From: Candidatus Woesearchaeota archaeon
Lineage (GTDB): Archaea > Nanobdellota > Nanobdellia > Woesearchaeales > UBA583
Assembly: GCA_047602745.1 (NCBI GenBank)
Contig: JBLKOJ010000003.1
Span: forward strand, 4,912 to 68,911
DNA: 64,000 nt
Reading direction: 5' to 3'
Positions 20,221 through 32,464 of this stretch are shown one piece after another. Positions within the stretch are counted from its first letter, which is position 1; every line of letters begins with the position of its first letter. The notes below the pieces were generated by a model that did no database searches, had not been told where the DNA came from, and saw only the letters and a list, made by a program, of their open reading frames with translations. The position numbers were made by a program, and so were the translations under genes.

Positions 20221-20287
20221 TTGTTTATTTTTTATCTAATTATACATTGAAATATAACTTTATAAAAATTATGTTAAAGAGAATTAG

Positions 20288-21939
20288 GTTAAAAAGTCCG
20301 TGATAAAATAATTTTTGTTGTATTTTTAATAGTAAAAACTACTATTAAATTGGAAAAATATGTTAATTTTATCCCAAAAATTAACACTCAAAATGAATAG
20401 TCAAACAACTTTATTAAACTTTAGTAAAACTTCTTTAGTGAAAACACTAAATCTAAAACTTATTTTGAGTAAAAACAATGTTTTGTGCACACAACCTATT
20501 TGTTGTCCTAGATGCAACAATTTGTGTGTTTATAATGGATTTTCTCACAAAGGTAATTATAACCCTTTGGCAAAAAAAATGAAATTTTTTTCAAAAAAGA
20601 TCAGCAATATTGCCCAATTTGCAATAAAACATATTAAGTTAAGTTTCCAGAATTTGAAGAACTTAATCAATTAATTGTTGATAAAGTAAAAAATAATATT
20701 AAATCTCTTTTAGAGTTTGGAAACTCTGAAAGTGATATTAAACTTCATATTGAAAGAACTGAAAACATACCTATTTCAATTTCATACATTAAATTAGTTA
20801 GAAAAGAATTTTTCAAAGAAATTGAGACTTCTTTTCCAGAGCTTGATAAACTTGAAGATAAAGACCTTCAAAGATTTTAGGGTTATGATGAACATTACGT
20901 TAAAGTTAATGGTAAAATGTATTTGAGAATTGTTTTACTTAATTTTGATACAAATGAAGTAATTTATCAAGAACTTGTCAAAAAATTGACAAGTGATAAA
21001 CTTGAACAAATCCTGCGAGATTTATTTAAAGAAAACAAACCAAAAGATTTTGTTTTTGATATGAGAACTATGTATGTTAAAGTTTTCAAAAATGTCTTTG
21101 GAAAAGATATTAAACTCCAATATTGCACATTTCATTTAAATAATTCTATAATGGACAAATTCAAAGAAACAAATAGATTTGTTAGTGAAGATTTGTGGAC
21201 TTTAGAAGAAATCTACAAATGTATTCAATTTTCAACATTTTTTATGATAGAACTATTGAACTTTAACATATTACTAAATTACAAAAAAAAACTTACTTTT
21301 GTAAGTTCATTTTTAACTACTAAAACCCTTGAAAGTCTTGAAAAGACTTTAATTGAAGAGTTTAGAAAAAAATGTGACGATTTTAAATTGGTGAGAACTC
21401 GTGAAAAACGAACTCTCAAACAAAGAACTAAAGAAGATGCTAAATCTAAATTAGATGAAATTTTACAATTGTGTAAAATTCCAAAAAAAGTTGTAAGACA
21501 ACTAAGAAAAGTTGCTAAAAACTTTTCTTGTTTTACTGGCGGAATTGAAGAAGGAATTCTAACTAATAATAGTTTAGAAGGTTTCTTTGGTTCAACATTA
21601 AAAAAGTTTCAAAAGAAAATTTTCAATGTTTTAGAACATTTTAGTTCTTTTCTCAAACTGAAAAAATTGAGAAAAAAGGATTTTCTTTATTTAAAGAAAT
21701 TCCATCAAACAAACATTTGTTTGCTCAAATGTTAATTTTTGCTTTTCAGCAATAAAATTATTTGAAAAATTACTTCTTTGAAGACTTTACTATCTTCAAT
21801 TTTTAAGTTTTTTATAAAAAATCAAAAAATTTAGAAAATAGGCGTTTTCAATTTTCTAAATATTCAAGCAAAAATATTGAATTTAGACCTTTGAAATGCC
21901 TAAGATATTTGAAAATGGCATTTACACGGACTTTTTAAC
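20288..21939 (+). mobile_element. Insertion sequence (about 1.65 kb) with 15-bp perfect terminal inverted repeats and a disrupted DDE transposase
   Basis: GTTAAAAAGTCCGTG at 20288-20302 is the exact reverse complement of 21925-21939. The internal coding region carries a zinc-ribbon, an HTH-like part and a DDE-like core. An 11-bp subterminal hairpin lies at 21829-21861. I see no target-site duplication. Confidence 0.65.
20360..21735 (+). pseudogene. DDE transposase (IS6-like core motif DEHYVKVNGK), inactivated by a frameshift and in-frame stops
   Basis: The frame-2 ORF (CCPRCNN...) shifts at the A8/T7 homopolymers near 20573-20592 into frame 1 (..YCPICNKTY). Frame 1 has an in-frame TAA near 20635 and an in-frame TAG at 20878-20880, immediately before GYDEHYVKVNGKMYLRIV... 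Downstream candidates are VFD and NSLEGFFG. Confidence 0.6.
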
Positions 21940-22192
21940 TCGACCCGGAACTTGAAATTTTTTGTGAAATCATCAGCTTCGCTAAGATGCAAGAAAAAAT
22001 ACAATGAGTGTCTCGCATTCTCAGACTAGTTCTAATTGTGTATTAATACATTCTTCAGGAATTTGATATTTAAATGTATTCTGATTACATAAAAAATATT
22101 TTTCTAAAATAACTCTAAAAAATTAGATCTTTTTCATAAGTAACTTTTCTAAACAACAAATCTTTTTAAAATAGAAAAATATCTTATTATTA

Positions 22193-22414
22193 ATGGCTAA
22201 ACGAAAAAATATGCTTCCATATACTCCAATTGGAGAATTTATGCATGAAAAATCACAACTTAGAATTGGTCAAGATGCTAAAATTGAAGCAGAAGCAGTT
22301 CTAGATGAATTATGTGAAAAGATTATATCACAAGCAGTATTAATTTGTGAGCATTCAAAAAGAAGTACTCTTAATGGAGATGATATTAAACTTGCATATA
22401 AACAACTTAAATAA
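22193..22414 (+). CDS. Archaeal histone (HMf/histone-fold family)
   Basis: 73 aa. LP.TPI...M......RIGQDAK...A.VL.E....I...A...C.HSKR.TL.G.DIKLA fits the archaeal histone fold pattern. Confidence 0.85.
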   Translation: MAKRKNMLPYTPIGEFMHEKSQLRIGQDAKIEAEAVLDELCEKIISQAVLICEHSKRSTLNGDDIKLAYKQLK

Positions 22415-22457
22415 AATATAAAAATGAGAAAAAATAATAAAAATATTTTTAGCATCC

Positions 22458-22477
22458 CAAATCACGGAGGTGATTTG
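22458..22477 (+). terminator. Perfect 8-bp stem / 4-nt loop hairpin between the two histone genes (possible terminator or processing structure)
   Basis: CAAATCAC-GGAG-GTGATTTG, read directly from the sequence. It lies 44 nt after the first histone stop codon. Confidence 0.3.
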
Positions 22478-22563
22478 TAAGATGATTCGAAAAAACGTAA
22501 CAACAATTTCAAAAAAATTCTTGAAACATTTTTAAATTTAAATAAATACAAAAATACGAGAAA

Positions 22564-22785
22564 ATGATCAGAAAAAATGTAAAAGGAAGTCCATTTCCAA
22601 ATTTGGCTTTAAACAATATTATGAAAAAGTATGGTGCACATAGAGTTAGTGAAGAAGCAAGAATTGAACTGAGAAAAATTCTTGAATTAAGACTTGAAGA
22701 TATAACACAAAAAGCAGCTCAAATTGCAAAGCACTCGAAGAGAAAAACGATTAATGGAGGAGATGTGAGAATTGCAAATAGATAA
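22564..22785 (+). CDS. Archaeal histone (HMf/histone-fold family), second tandem copy
   Basis: 73 aa. FP.LALNNIMKKYGAHRVSEEARIELRKILE...DITQKAAQIAKHSKRKTINGGDVRIA fits the histone fold. Confidence 0.85.
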   Translation: MIRKNVKGSPFPNLALNNIMKKYGAHRVSEEARIELRKILELRLEDITQKAAQIAKHSKRKTINGGDVRIANR

Positions 22786-22800
22786 ACTGAGAATATAATA

Positions 22801-23010
22801 TTATAATTCCAACTCCTCTTCTTCAAAAGAGAATATGTCATCTACTTTTGATTCTAACTCTTTTGCTATTTTAAAAGCAAGCTTAAGAGAAGGATTATAC
22901 TTTCCTGCCTCAATAAATAATATAGTTTCTCTTCTCACACCAACTCTATGAGCTAGTTGTTCTTGAGTTAAATTATGTCTTGCTCTTAATTCTTTAATCC
23001 TGCTTTTCAT
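22801..23010 (-). CDS. XRE-family helix-turn-helix transcriptional regulator
   Basis: [48 protein letters not shown] is a canonical short Cro/C1-type HTH. It overlaps the upstream gene by 4 nt. Confidence 0.8.
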   Translation of the reverse strand: MKSRIKELRARHNLTQEQLAHRVGVRRETILFIEAGKYNPSLKLAFKIAKELESKVDDIFSFEEEELEL

Positions 23011-23345
23011 CTTCTTTCGTAAAATCCAATTGAGAAACTATATGTAAGAATCTGAGCTACAAATGTGACTGCAATTCCAATCATTGTAGTGTCTATACTT
23101 TCAAATATTGCAACTAATGCCATAGTTATTGAAAGTCCAATTAAAGATACTACAAATCCATTAGTTGAAGCTCTTCTTATATTTTCTTTTAATAACTCAT
23201 CATTTTTTACTGTAAATAAAGCAAAAAATCCAAAGAAACCAAAGAATCCAAACAAAGCGTAATGTTGTGTTGGTATTCCTAAAAGACCCAGTAACCCTAG
23301 AAATCCTAGTAAAGCCATTTTATTTTTTTTAATTTTAGTATTCAT
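23007..23345 (-). CDS. Small membrane protein co-transcribed with the XRE regulator
   Basis: 112 aa with about 3-4 TM helices, including a repeated LLGLLG / [10 protein letters not shown] segment. A 4-nt ATGA overlap joins it to the HTH gene. Confidence 0.5.
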   Translation of the reverse strand: MNTKIKKNKMALLGFLGLLGLLGIPTQHYALFGFFGFFGFFALFTVKNDELLKENIRRASTNGFVVSLIGLSITMALVAIFESIDTTMIGIAVTFVAQILTYSFSIGFYERR

Positions 23346-23557
23346 TTTTAAAGTAAATTTATAATATCATATTAGGTTTTTCTAACATAATGTTATTTAT
23401 AATTAACATTTTTATTTAAATGTTTGTATTACTTCATAATATTAAATAACTTTCCCCCTCTTAATTTTTAACATATGTAATACATTTTAATATATCAAAT
23501 TAAGTCATGAATAACTAAACATAAACTTAAATATCCTCCTTCTTTATTTATTTTAAT

Positions 23558-24742
23558 ATGTCATCTCCCTTCAAATCTTCTAAGCAAGAACACTTATCTC
23601 AAATCAAGAAAGACTTCTACAATCAACTCAAAGCATACAAAGAAGAGTTTAAACCCACCAAAGAACTCACAACCTACTCCACTCTTCCTCTTTTAACATC
23701 TAAAACCTATCCTCACATATCAACATTTCAAGTTACTAATACTGATGTTGAAAATACCCAATTTAATCAAAATGAATTTGTCAAAAAAGAGTATTCACAT
23801 ATTTTAAAACATAAAGCACGCTCAGTGGTTGCAACATCTCAAGCACAGCATAAAACTCAAACTAAAAAACAATTACAAGAAGATCTAACTCTTCTATACT
23901 CCTCTAAAAAAGCAGTAGAGAGTGAACATATTTTTGAAGATGAGCTTAAAATTGGAAATATATTAAGTTCTAAAACTGCAGGTTTGCTAGGGAACTCTAC
24001 TCCTCTATTAAAAATTAATACATATGACAATATTTCTATATCAAAGCATTTAGAAAAGCATCAACAAGGAGAGACTAAATCTAAAGATGCTATTATAGAA
24101 CTATATGAAAAAGGATTTAATGATACACAAATAAGAACACTTCTAAGTCTTGGAACATTTGGACTTGATAACAATAAAGTATTAGTTCCAACTAAATGGT
24201 CTATTAGTGCATGTGATAGTGTACTTGAACAATATCTCTACACAAAAATAATCAACTATCGTATTGGAGAAGAATATTTAGTATTTGAACATAATGATAA
24301 AGGAAATCATTTTATTATTTGTTTTCTCCCCAATCAATTCTGCTCAGATGTTATTGAAACATATACTAACACAGATAATATTCAAGTTGTGGAGGAGGAC
24401 TTTGTACCTTTTTCAAATAAACTCTCAACAAAAGAGCCCGAGTGTGCTGGAGGGTATTGGGCAACTAAACTTGCAATGCTTGAAAAAATGAAAACTCTAA
24501 AAAAACAATATGCATGTATTTCAATTAGAATTATTGAAAATTATGAAATCCCACTAGGTGTAATATTTGTTCGAGAGAGTGTAAGAGAAGCAGTAACTAA
24601 GAAGCCTATTTTTATAAGTACCAATAAAGAAGAATTTGAACAATTTTTAAAAAATTACAACTCTATTCATTTCAACTTTTACGAAAAATCTAAATTTGTC
24701 CAAGAAATCTCAACTCTTAAACACCTCTACGAATGGATGTAA
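23558..24742 (+). CDS. Hypothetical protein (weak, unverified resemblance to the archaeal Nre DUF650/DUF651 family)
   Basis: 394-aa ORF. The block VLVPTKWSISACDSVLEQYL and the C-terminal IPLGVIFVRESVREAV remind me of Nre-family proteins. I could not verify this, and it has no N-terminal zinc finger. Confidence 0.35.
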   Translation: MSSPFKSSKQEHLSQIKKDFYNQLKAYKEEFKPTKELTTYSTLPLLTSKTYPHISTFQVTNTDVENTQFNQNEFVKKEYSHILKHKARSVVATSQAQHKTQTKKQLQEDLTLLYSSKKAVESEHIFEDELKIGNILSSKTAGLLGNSTPLLKINTYDNISISKHLEKHQQGETKSKDAIIELYEKGFNDTQIRTLLSLGTFGLDNNKVLVPTKWSISACDSVLEQYLYTKIINYRIGEEYLVFEHNDKGNHFIICFLPNQFCSDVIETYTNTDNIQVVEEDFVPFSNKLSTKEPECAGGYWATKLAMLEKMKTLKKQYACISIRIIENYEIPLGVIFVRESVREAVTKKPIFISTNKEEFEQFLKNYNSIHFNFYEKSKFVQEISTLKHLYEWM

Positions 24743-24821
24743 GTACTACTATATGAAAACTTAATATTAAAACAAATAAAGAATAATAAGACGGATTTCA
24801 TTATGGTGATAATAATATTAT

Positions 24822-25616
24822 TTACTCCTCATCACCTTCAATAAAATTTTTTACAAATCCTGCAGGAATAAATTTTAAAATTGTAAATGAAATTCGATTT
24901 GGAAGTATTTGAATATTATCATTTTGAAATTCTATAAATATGTTAATTAAATTTCTATCATCTTGGACTAATTCATTAAGAAGTAAAGCAAAACTTATTG
25001 ATTGAATATCCATGCCTTGCTGCATTTCAATTTCATCTAAAGCAGATTGTAATAATGGTCTTGCCATTTCTTCTAACTCATCTCCTAAATCTAATTCTTG
25101 TAAAATTGTAGATGCAAATTCTTCTCTTGGGTTTGGGGAATTTAAGATTGCTCTTACATTAAATACTGGAATTCCAATATCTTCAGAAGTCATTGTAGAA
25201 ACACTATCATCTCCTAGTAATTCTTGAATTGAGATAATTCTCTCATCAATAATATCAAATAAATCACTTTTAATTAGAATTGTGAACACTTCTTCATTTG
25301 AACTTAATCCCTCATTAAAATTTTCTAAAGTTAATGTTTTAACATCAGACACTTCTAATTCATCTTCAGTTGAAAATGGAAATGTTACACCTGTATGAAA
25401 CTCATCGTCTAGCATATACGCTACATTTATAACTGCGTCTTCTGTTTGTGTTAGTGATTGAACATCTAAATACACTAAACCTGCAACTCCAACAAGAGAA
25501 AGTAACACAATTATTACTGATGTAATTACTGCAAATACAATTTTTTTAATCATCTTAAAAACTAATATAATCAAGACAATTATTATTATGAAGTATAAAA
25601 TTAAGCCTATATCCAT
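24822..25616 (-). CDS. Membrane-anchored acidic protein, unknown function
   Basis: Two N-terminal TM helices are followed by an acidic (D/E-rich) domain. Confidence 0.4.
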   Translation of the reverse strand: MDIGLILYFIIIIVLIILVFKMIKKIVFAVITSVIIVLLSLVGVAGLVYLDVQSLTQTEDAVINVAYMLDDEFHTGVTFPFSTEDELEVSDVKTLTLENFNEGLSSNEEVFTILIKSDLFDIIDERIISIQELLGDDSVSTMTSEDIGIPVFNVRAILNSPNPREEFASTILQELDLGDELEEMARPLLQSALDEIEMQQGMDIQSISFALLLNELVQDDRNLINIFIEFQNDNIQILPNRISFTILKFIPAGFVKNFIEGDEE

Positions 25617-25675
25617 AATGATATAATTATTTTAAAATTTATATATCTTTGTGCTTACTTATCAATAAACAGAAA

Positions 25676-26179
25676 TTACAAAATAACTTTTTTAGGATTT
25701 TTTTTAAATTTACAAACTTGAAGATCTTTTAATAAATAAAAATTAACTATCAAGAGTAGTATGAAACTCAATAATTTTAATTCTAAACCATCATAAGGTA
25801 AAAATGAAATAAAGCTTGCAAGTCCTAAATATGAGGCAATAGTAATTGAGCAAGCAGGACAGCCCGCTACTAAAATTCCAAGTGTTGAACTAAGTCCCCC
25901 AATTCCATTTTGAGTCAAAGAAGTAGTGGAAAAGTAACTCACTCTAAATGCTGTTAAAAGAATAAATAATGACAACAATACTGAAATTAAAATTTGTAAA
26001 ACCCACACAAGATTATAATATATAATTCCATAATTTACTTTAATTAACTCATCTGCCATTTGAGTAGAAAAAAAATATAAAATCAAAGTGTTTAAAATTA
26101 CAAATAATACTCCATACCTATAATTTGAAAAAACCAGTTTTAGATTATAAAATAAACTTAATAGCAATCCCATTATCAT
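25676..26179 (-). CDS. Polytopic membrane protein with an intramembrane CxxC motif
   Basis: 167 aa with about 4 TM helices. GILVAGCPACSITIASYLG places C-P-A-C inside or at the edge of a TM helix. It lies directly downstream of the DsbA-like gene on the same strand. Confidence 0.45.
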   Translation of the reverse strand: MIMGLLLSLFYNLKLVFSNYRYGVLFVILNTLILYFFSTQMADELIKVNYGIIYYNLVWVLQILISVLLSLFILLTAFRVSYFSTTSLTQNGIGGLSSTLGILVAGCPACSITIASYLGLASFISFLPYDGLELKLLSFILLLIVNFYLLKDLQVCKFKKNPKKVIL

Positions 26180-26278
26180 TATGAAAATTCAAAGTTTTAA
26201 AAATCTGTGTTACTGAATAATTTGAAAAAAATAAAATCACTAATTAAGATAAAATATATAATTATATATATCCATCAA

Positions 26279-27169
26279 CTAGCCAGTAATTACTTGACAT
26301 TCTTGGACATAAAAAGGAGTTCCTTGAAGTTCAAGAGCAATTGCTTGTTCAAATGTTGAAATTGGACACGCACCAATAATTAATTTATCATTAATTGCTA
26401 CACTTGGGGTTCCTGTAACTCCAATACTTTGAGCTTCTTGGAAATCTTGTTGAACTAATTCTTCTCCTCTTCCTAATTGCATACATTCATCATAACTAGC
26501 AGCATCTGTTCCAAGCTCAATTGCCCATTCTCTTAAATTAGTAAGAGAAGTAATTCCTTGCCTATCTCTTGCATGTTCTTCAAAAATTTTATCGTGAAAA
26601 TCATAAAACTTATCAGTTCCTTCCTCTAAAAACACACAGGCACTTGCAAGTGCAGGATTTTCTCCTCCAACTACTGGAAAATGTTTATATACAAAATTTG
26701 CAGTTCCATCTTCAACAAATTCCATAAGTCTAGGATATGTTTCCCTGTAAAATCTCTCACAAAATGGACAACCAAAATCACTATACTCTACTAACGTAAT
26801 TTGAGCGCTTGCATCTCCTTTCAAAGGCCTATTTTCAGTAGATGGTCTTTGAATTGTTGGGTAGTTATCTGGTGTTAACTGCTCGGGAGGTCCATCCTCA
26901 TATTCTGGAATATTATTTTGAAAGAAATTATCTAATCTTGTAACTTTTTCATTTATTTCGTTCAACATTGAACTCTCTGAGGTAGTTTGATGAGTAAACA
27001 TAGTAATTAATACTACAGTTAATAATATTATGACAACTCCTAGTAATCCGATAATTGCAAATAGTAATATATTTGAACCACCATTTGAGTTTGATTCTTT
27101 ACTTTTTGAAATAATTTCTTTAGGAGAAATTTCATCTGAATTTACTTTTTTTACTTTAGTCTTAACCAT
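26279..27169 (-). CDS. Membrane-anchored DsbA-like thiol:disulfide oxidoreductase (thioredoxin fold)
   Basis: An N-terminal TM anchor (ILLFAIIGLLGVVIILLTVVLITMF) is followed by ITLVEYSDFGCPFCERF (CPFC active site) and GVTGTPSVAIN (cis-Pro loop). Confidence 0.75.
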   Translation of the reverse strand: MVKTKVKKVNSDEISPKEIISKSKESNSNGGSNILLFAIIGLLGVVIILLTVVLITMFTHQTTSESSMLNEINEKVTRLDNFFQNNIPEYEDGPPEQLTPDNYPTIQRPSTENRPLKGDASAQITLVEYSDFGCPFCERFYRETYPRLMEFVEDGTANFVYKHFPVVGGENPALASACVFLEEGTDKFYDFHDKIFEEHARDRQGITSLTNLREWAIELGTDAASYDECMQLGRGEELVQQDFQEAQSIGVTGTPSVAINDKLIIGACPISTFEQAIALELQGTPFYVQECQVITG

Positions 27170-27291
27170 TTAGTAATTTATACTAACAAATAAACTATTT
27201 TAAAAGTAACTATTCACTTATAATAAAAACAATAGAATTTCAAATATATAAATTAGAAATATTTTGTTGTTAATACAGTTCGAACGAACTT

Positions 27292-30201
<2,910 letters not shown>

Positions 30202-30270
30202 TCATTAAAAATTACATGAGTAATTTTTTCCGCTCTTCGTAAGTAATTAAAATTACTCACTGCATTAAAG

Positions 30271-30344
30271 TGGACCCGTCGGGATTTGAACCCGAGGCCC
30301 CCGCCTTGCAAGGGCGGTGCTCTACCGGACTGAGCTACAGGCCC
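30271..30344 (-). tRNA. tRNA-Ala (anticodon UGC), no encoded CCA, no intron
   Basis: The hand-folded cloverleaf is GGGCCTG/TA/GCTC-AGTCCGGTA-GAGC/A/CCGCC-CTTGCAA-GGCGG/GGGCC/TCGGG-TTCAAAT-CCCGA/CGGGTCC/A. It includes the G3:U70 alanine identity pair. Confidence 0.9.
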
Positions 30345-30521
30345 ATACCATTTTGCACCATCCTTGTGGCTGGCGATAATAATCAATAACACAAATCTCT
30401 TTATAAAGATTTTCCCCTTGTGACATCAATCCCACATATATATTTAAAAATAAAATTTAATTCTCTCAATTTAACAGGCCAAATACTTTTTTTATGCCCT
30501 CTTGCACACGCACATTAATTA

Positions 30522-30596
30522 GATCCTGTGGTCTAGTCTGGATATGATAATAGCCTCCTAAGCTGTAGATCGCGAGTTCAAATCTCGCCAGGATCG
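30522..30596 (+). tRNA. tRNA-Arg (anticodon CCU), no encoded CCA, no intron
   Basis: Hand-folded structure: acceptor GATCCTG/CAGGATC; D-arm with G18G19; anticodon stem ATAGC/GCTGT with loop CT-CCT-AA; 5-nt variable loop; T-arm GCGAG-TTCAAAT-CTCGC; discriminator G. Confidence 0.85.
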
Positions 30597-30635
30597 TTAA
30601 TTCAAATAAGATAAATAAAAATTAAATCAATTATA

Positions 30636-31418
30636 TTACAAAATATATACAAATTCTTTCTCACTTGAAAATTTTTGACTAAATGTATGACCTTTGGAAT
30701 GCTTAAAATTTTTTAAATTTTCTTTTGAAATTAATTCAAAACCTACGATATATTTTACGAATTCTCCCTTCAACTCCTTTGAAGCGTGACCCTCAAGTTT
30801 ATATGAACTTCCTAATCGTTTTGCAAATACAATTTCAATTCTTTCAAGCTTTTCATCTTTAGGTATCATCTCTTTGTGAGAAATAGGTAAGATATCAAGA
30901 ACTAATTTATCCCTACAAACAAATTCCAAATATCCTTTGAGTTCTTTACTCCAAAATTTAGCAAGAGTTGAATCAAATAACCTCATTGAAACTTTACATT
31001 TATAATTAGGGATTTTATCTTGAGGTTTTAACAGTCCAAAAAGTCCATCAAAAATCAGAACTGAATCATTAAATCTTTGTTTTTCAATTTCTGAAAAAGA
31101 ATCAAAATCAATAGAATTATACATTACGCCAGACATCCTGTCAATTACAGACATACACTCCTCATCTTTTAAAGCAGCCATAGTTGAAATAGCATCTTTT
31201 AAATTTTCACCATTCAAATTAAAAAACTTAAAAATCTCTTCTTGTGATAAATCTCTTAATATTCTTTTAATCTCATCAATAATCAAATCTCGTTGAGGTT
31301 GTAATTTCAAAAAATAGTTATTTTTTTTCATGTTAGACACAAATCTGTATATCAAATTCTCATCTCCACCACTTGCTTTTCCTTCTGAATTAGGAATACA
31401 AATAATATAATTAACCAT
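30636..31418 (-). CDS. YaaA-like (UPF0246/DUF328) protein
   Basis: The blocks GVMYNSIDFDSFSE, VLIFDGLFGLLKPQDKIPNYKCKV, LAKFWSKEL and GHASKELKGEFVKYIV parallel E. coli YaaA ([42 protein letters not shown]). Confidence 0.55.
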   Translation of the reverse strand: MVNYIICIPNSEGKASGGDENLIYRFVSNMKKNNYFLKLQPQRDLIIDEIKRILRDLSQEEIFKFFNLNGENLKDAISTMAALKDEECMSVIDRMSGVMYNSIDFDSFSEIEKQRFNDSVLIFDGLFGLLKPQDKIPNYKCKVSMRLFDSTLAKFWSKELKGYLEFVCRDKLVLDILPISHKEMIPKDEKLERIEIVFAKRLGSSYKLEGHASKELKGEFVKYIVGFELISKENLKNFKHSKGHTFSQKFSSEKEFVYIL

Positions 31419-31470
31419 AATAAGTACATTTAAAAATTTAACATTTATAAATATATTTTTTTAAATTCAA

Positions 31471-31513
31471 AATAAATAATAATAATAATTATTATAATAA
31501 TAATAATAATAAT
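31471..31513. repeat. AAT/ATA trinucleotide microsatellite (two runs of 5 and 6 AAT units separated by TATTAT)
   Basis: Read directly: (AAT)5 at 31475-31489 and (AAT)6 at 31496-31513. It lies in the spacer between the aIF2-alpha stop and the yaaA-like start. Confidence 0.85.
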
Positions 31514-31530
31514 GAACACGTATAAAACAT

Positions 31531-32304
31531 TTAAATTTTAACTTCACAACTCCGATTTTTAGAATTAATCTCTAGCTCTTGCTTAAATATTTTAAATATT
31601 TTGTCAGCACTTCTCATATCTTCATGAATAACTCTAACTTCAAAATCTCCTGCCCCCAAATAAATAACATTAACCTTGTCATATTGAGTTTTTTTAATTG
31701 AACTTGTAATTACCTCCCTTACTCTTACCACTCCATCTTCTTTAATTGATGATAATTCAAATGTTCTCTTTAGAATCTCTTCTTCGGGCTTAATCTTATC
31801 ATTTATAATTTGAACAAATATCTCTTTTTCAGCATCATTTAATTTTTTAAACACTTCAATTTTAGAGTTATCAATCATTATAGCATAAAGCATTTCAAAT
31901 ACGAGGTCGAACTCCTCAAAAATTTGTTCATACGTTTTTTCAAACAATTCATCTTTAGATACATTAATTTTTTTTGCAATTTCTTCATACATCCTATCAG
32001 CAAATTCTTCTTTTTTAATTTCTTCTTGCTTTCTTTTTCTAGCTTGCAGATTAACTCTTCTAAGTGATACATCAATTCTGTTTTGATTTTTATCAACTCT
32101 TAAAATTTTACAAATAATATGTTTGTCTTCAACCACATGGTCTCTTAAATTTCTAATCCTTCCAGGGGCAACTTCTGAGATAGTAAGAACTCCTTCTTTA
32201 TCATACTCTGGAATTTTAACAAATACCGAATTCCCATAAATTTTACTTACAATACACAATACATCTTCATTAGGTTCAGGAAACCCTTCTTTAATATATA
32301 ACAT
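31531..32304 (-). CDS. Translation initiation factor 2 subunit alpha (aIF2-alpha)
   Basis: S1 domain: FPEPNEDVLCIVSKIYGNSVFVKIPEYDKEGVLTISEVAPGRIRNLRDHV...RIDVSLRRV. I moved the start to the internal Met (MLYIKEG...), because the 20-codon extension in the track is hydrophobic AT-rich read-through. Confidence 0.85.
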   Translation of the reverse strand: MLYIKEGFPEPNEDVLCIVSKIYGNSVFVKIPEYDKEGVLTISEVAPGRIRNLRDHVVEDKHIICKILRVDKNQNRIDVSLRRVNLQARKRKQEEIKKEEFADRMYEEIAKKINVSKDELFEKTYEQIFEEFDLVFEMLYAIMIDNSKIEVFKKLNDAEKEIFVQIINDKIKPEEEILKRTFELSSIKEDGVVRVREVITSSIKKTQYDKVNVIYLGAGDFEVRVIHEDMRSADKIFKIFKQELEINSKNRSCEVKI

Positions 32305-32464
32305 ATTTAATATAAAGAATAACTTCTTTAAAAATATATTGTTTAGAAATTTTAATTTAGTCATTAGATAATTAGAAGATAGATTTTTTTCAATATTTAA
32401 GATAACTAAGAATAATAATTAGATAACAGTTATAGTGAAAAATGAATAAACTGTAAAGTCTATA

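Noticed and set aside
20878-20880. The in-frame TAG (and the TAA near 20635) in the transposase as a possible stop-codon recoding or readthrough signal.
   Set aside because: TAG is used as a normal terminator by well-supported genes here (pheT at 1511-1513, radB at 3745-3747). The same gene also has a frameshift, so pseudogenisation is the simpler explanation.
22466-22473. GGAGGTGA read as a genuine Shine-Dalgarno site proving translation of the mini-ORF at 22482.
   Set aside because: The same bases form the loop and 3' arm of a perfect 8-bp hairpin, so the match to an anti-SD may be incidental. I kept it only as a low-interest observation.
27170-27291. A 5S rRNA downstream of the 23S, or a 16S upstream of tRNA-Ala (30345-30521).
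   Set aside because: Both flanks are short and strongly AT-rich, with no conserved 5S or SSU sequence blocks such as an anti-SD 3' end. I found only a small GTTCGAAC palindrome at 27278-27285.
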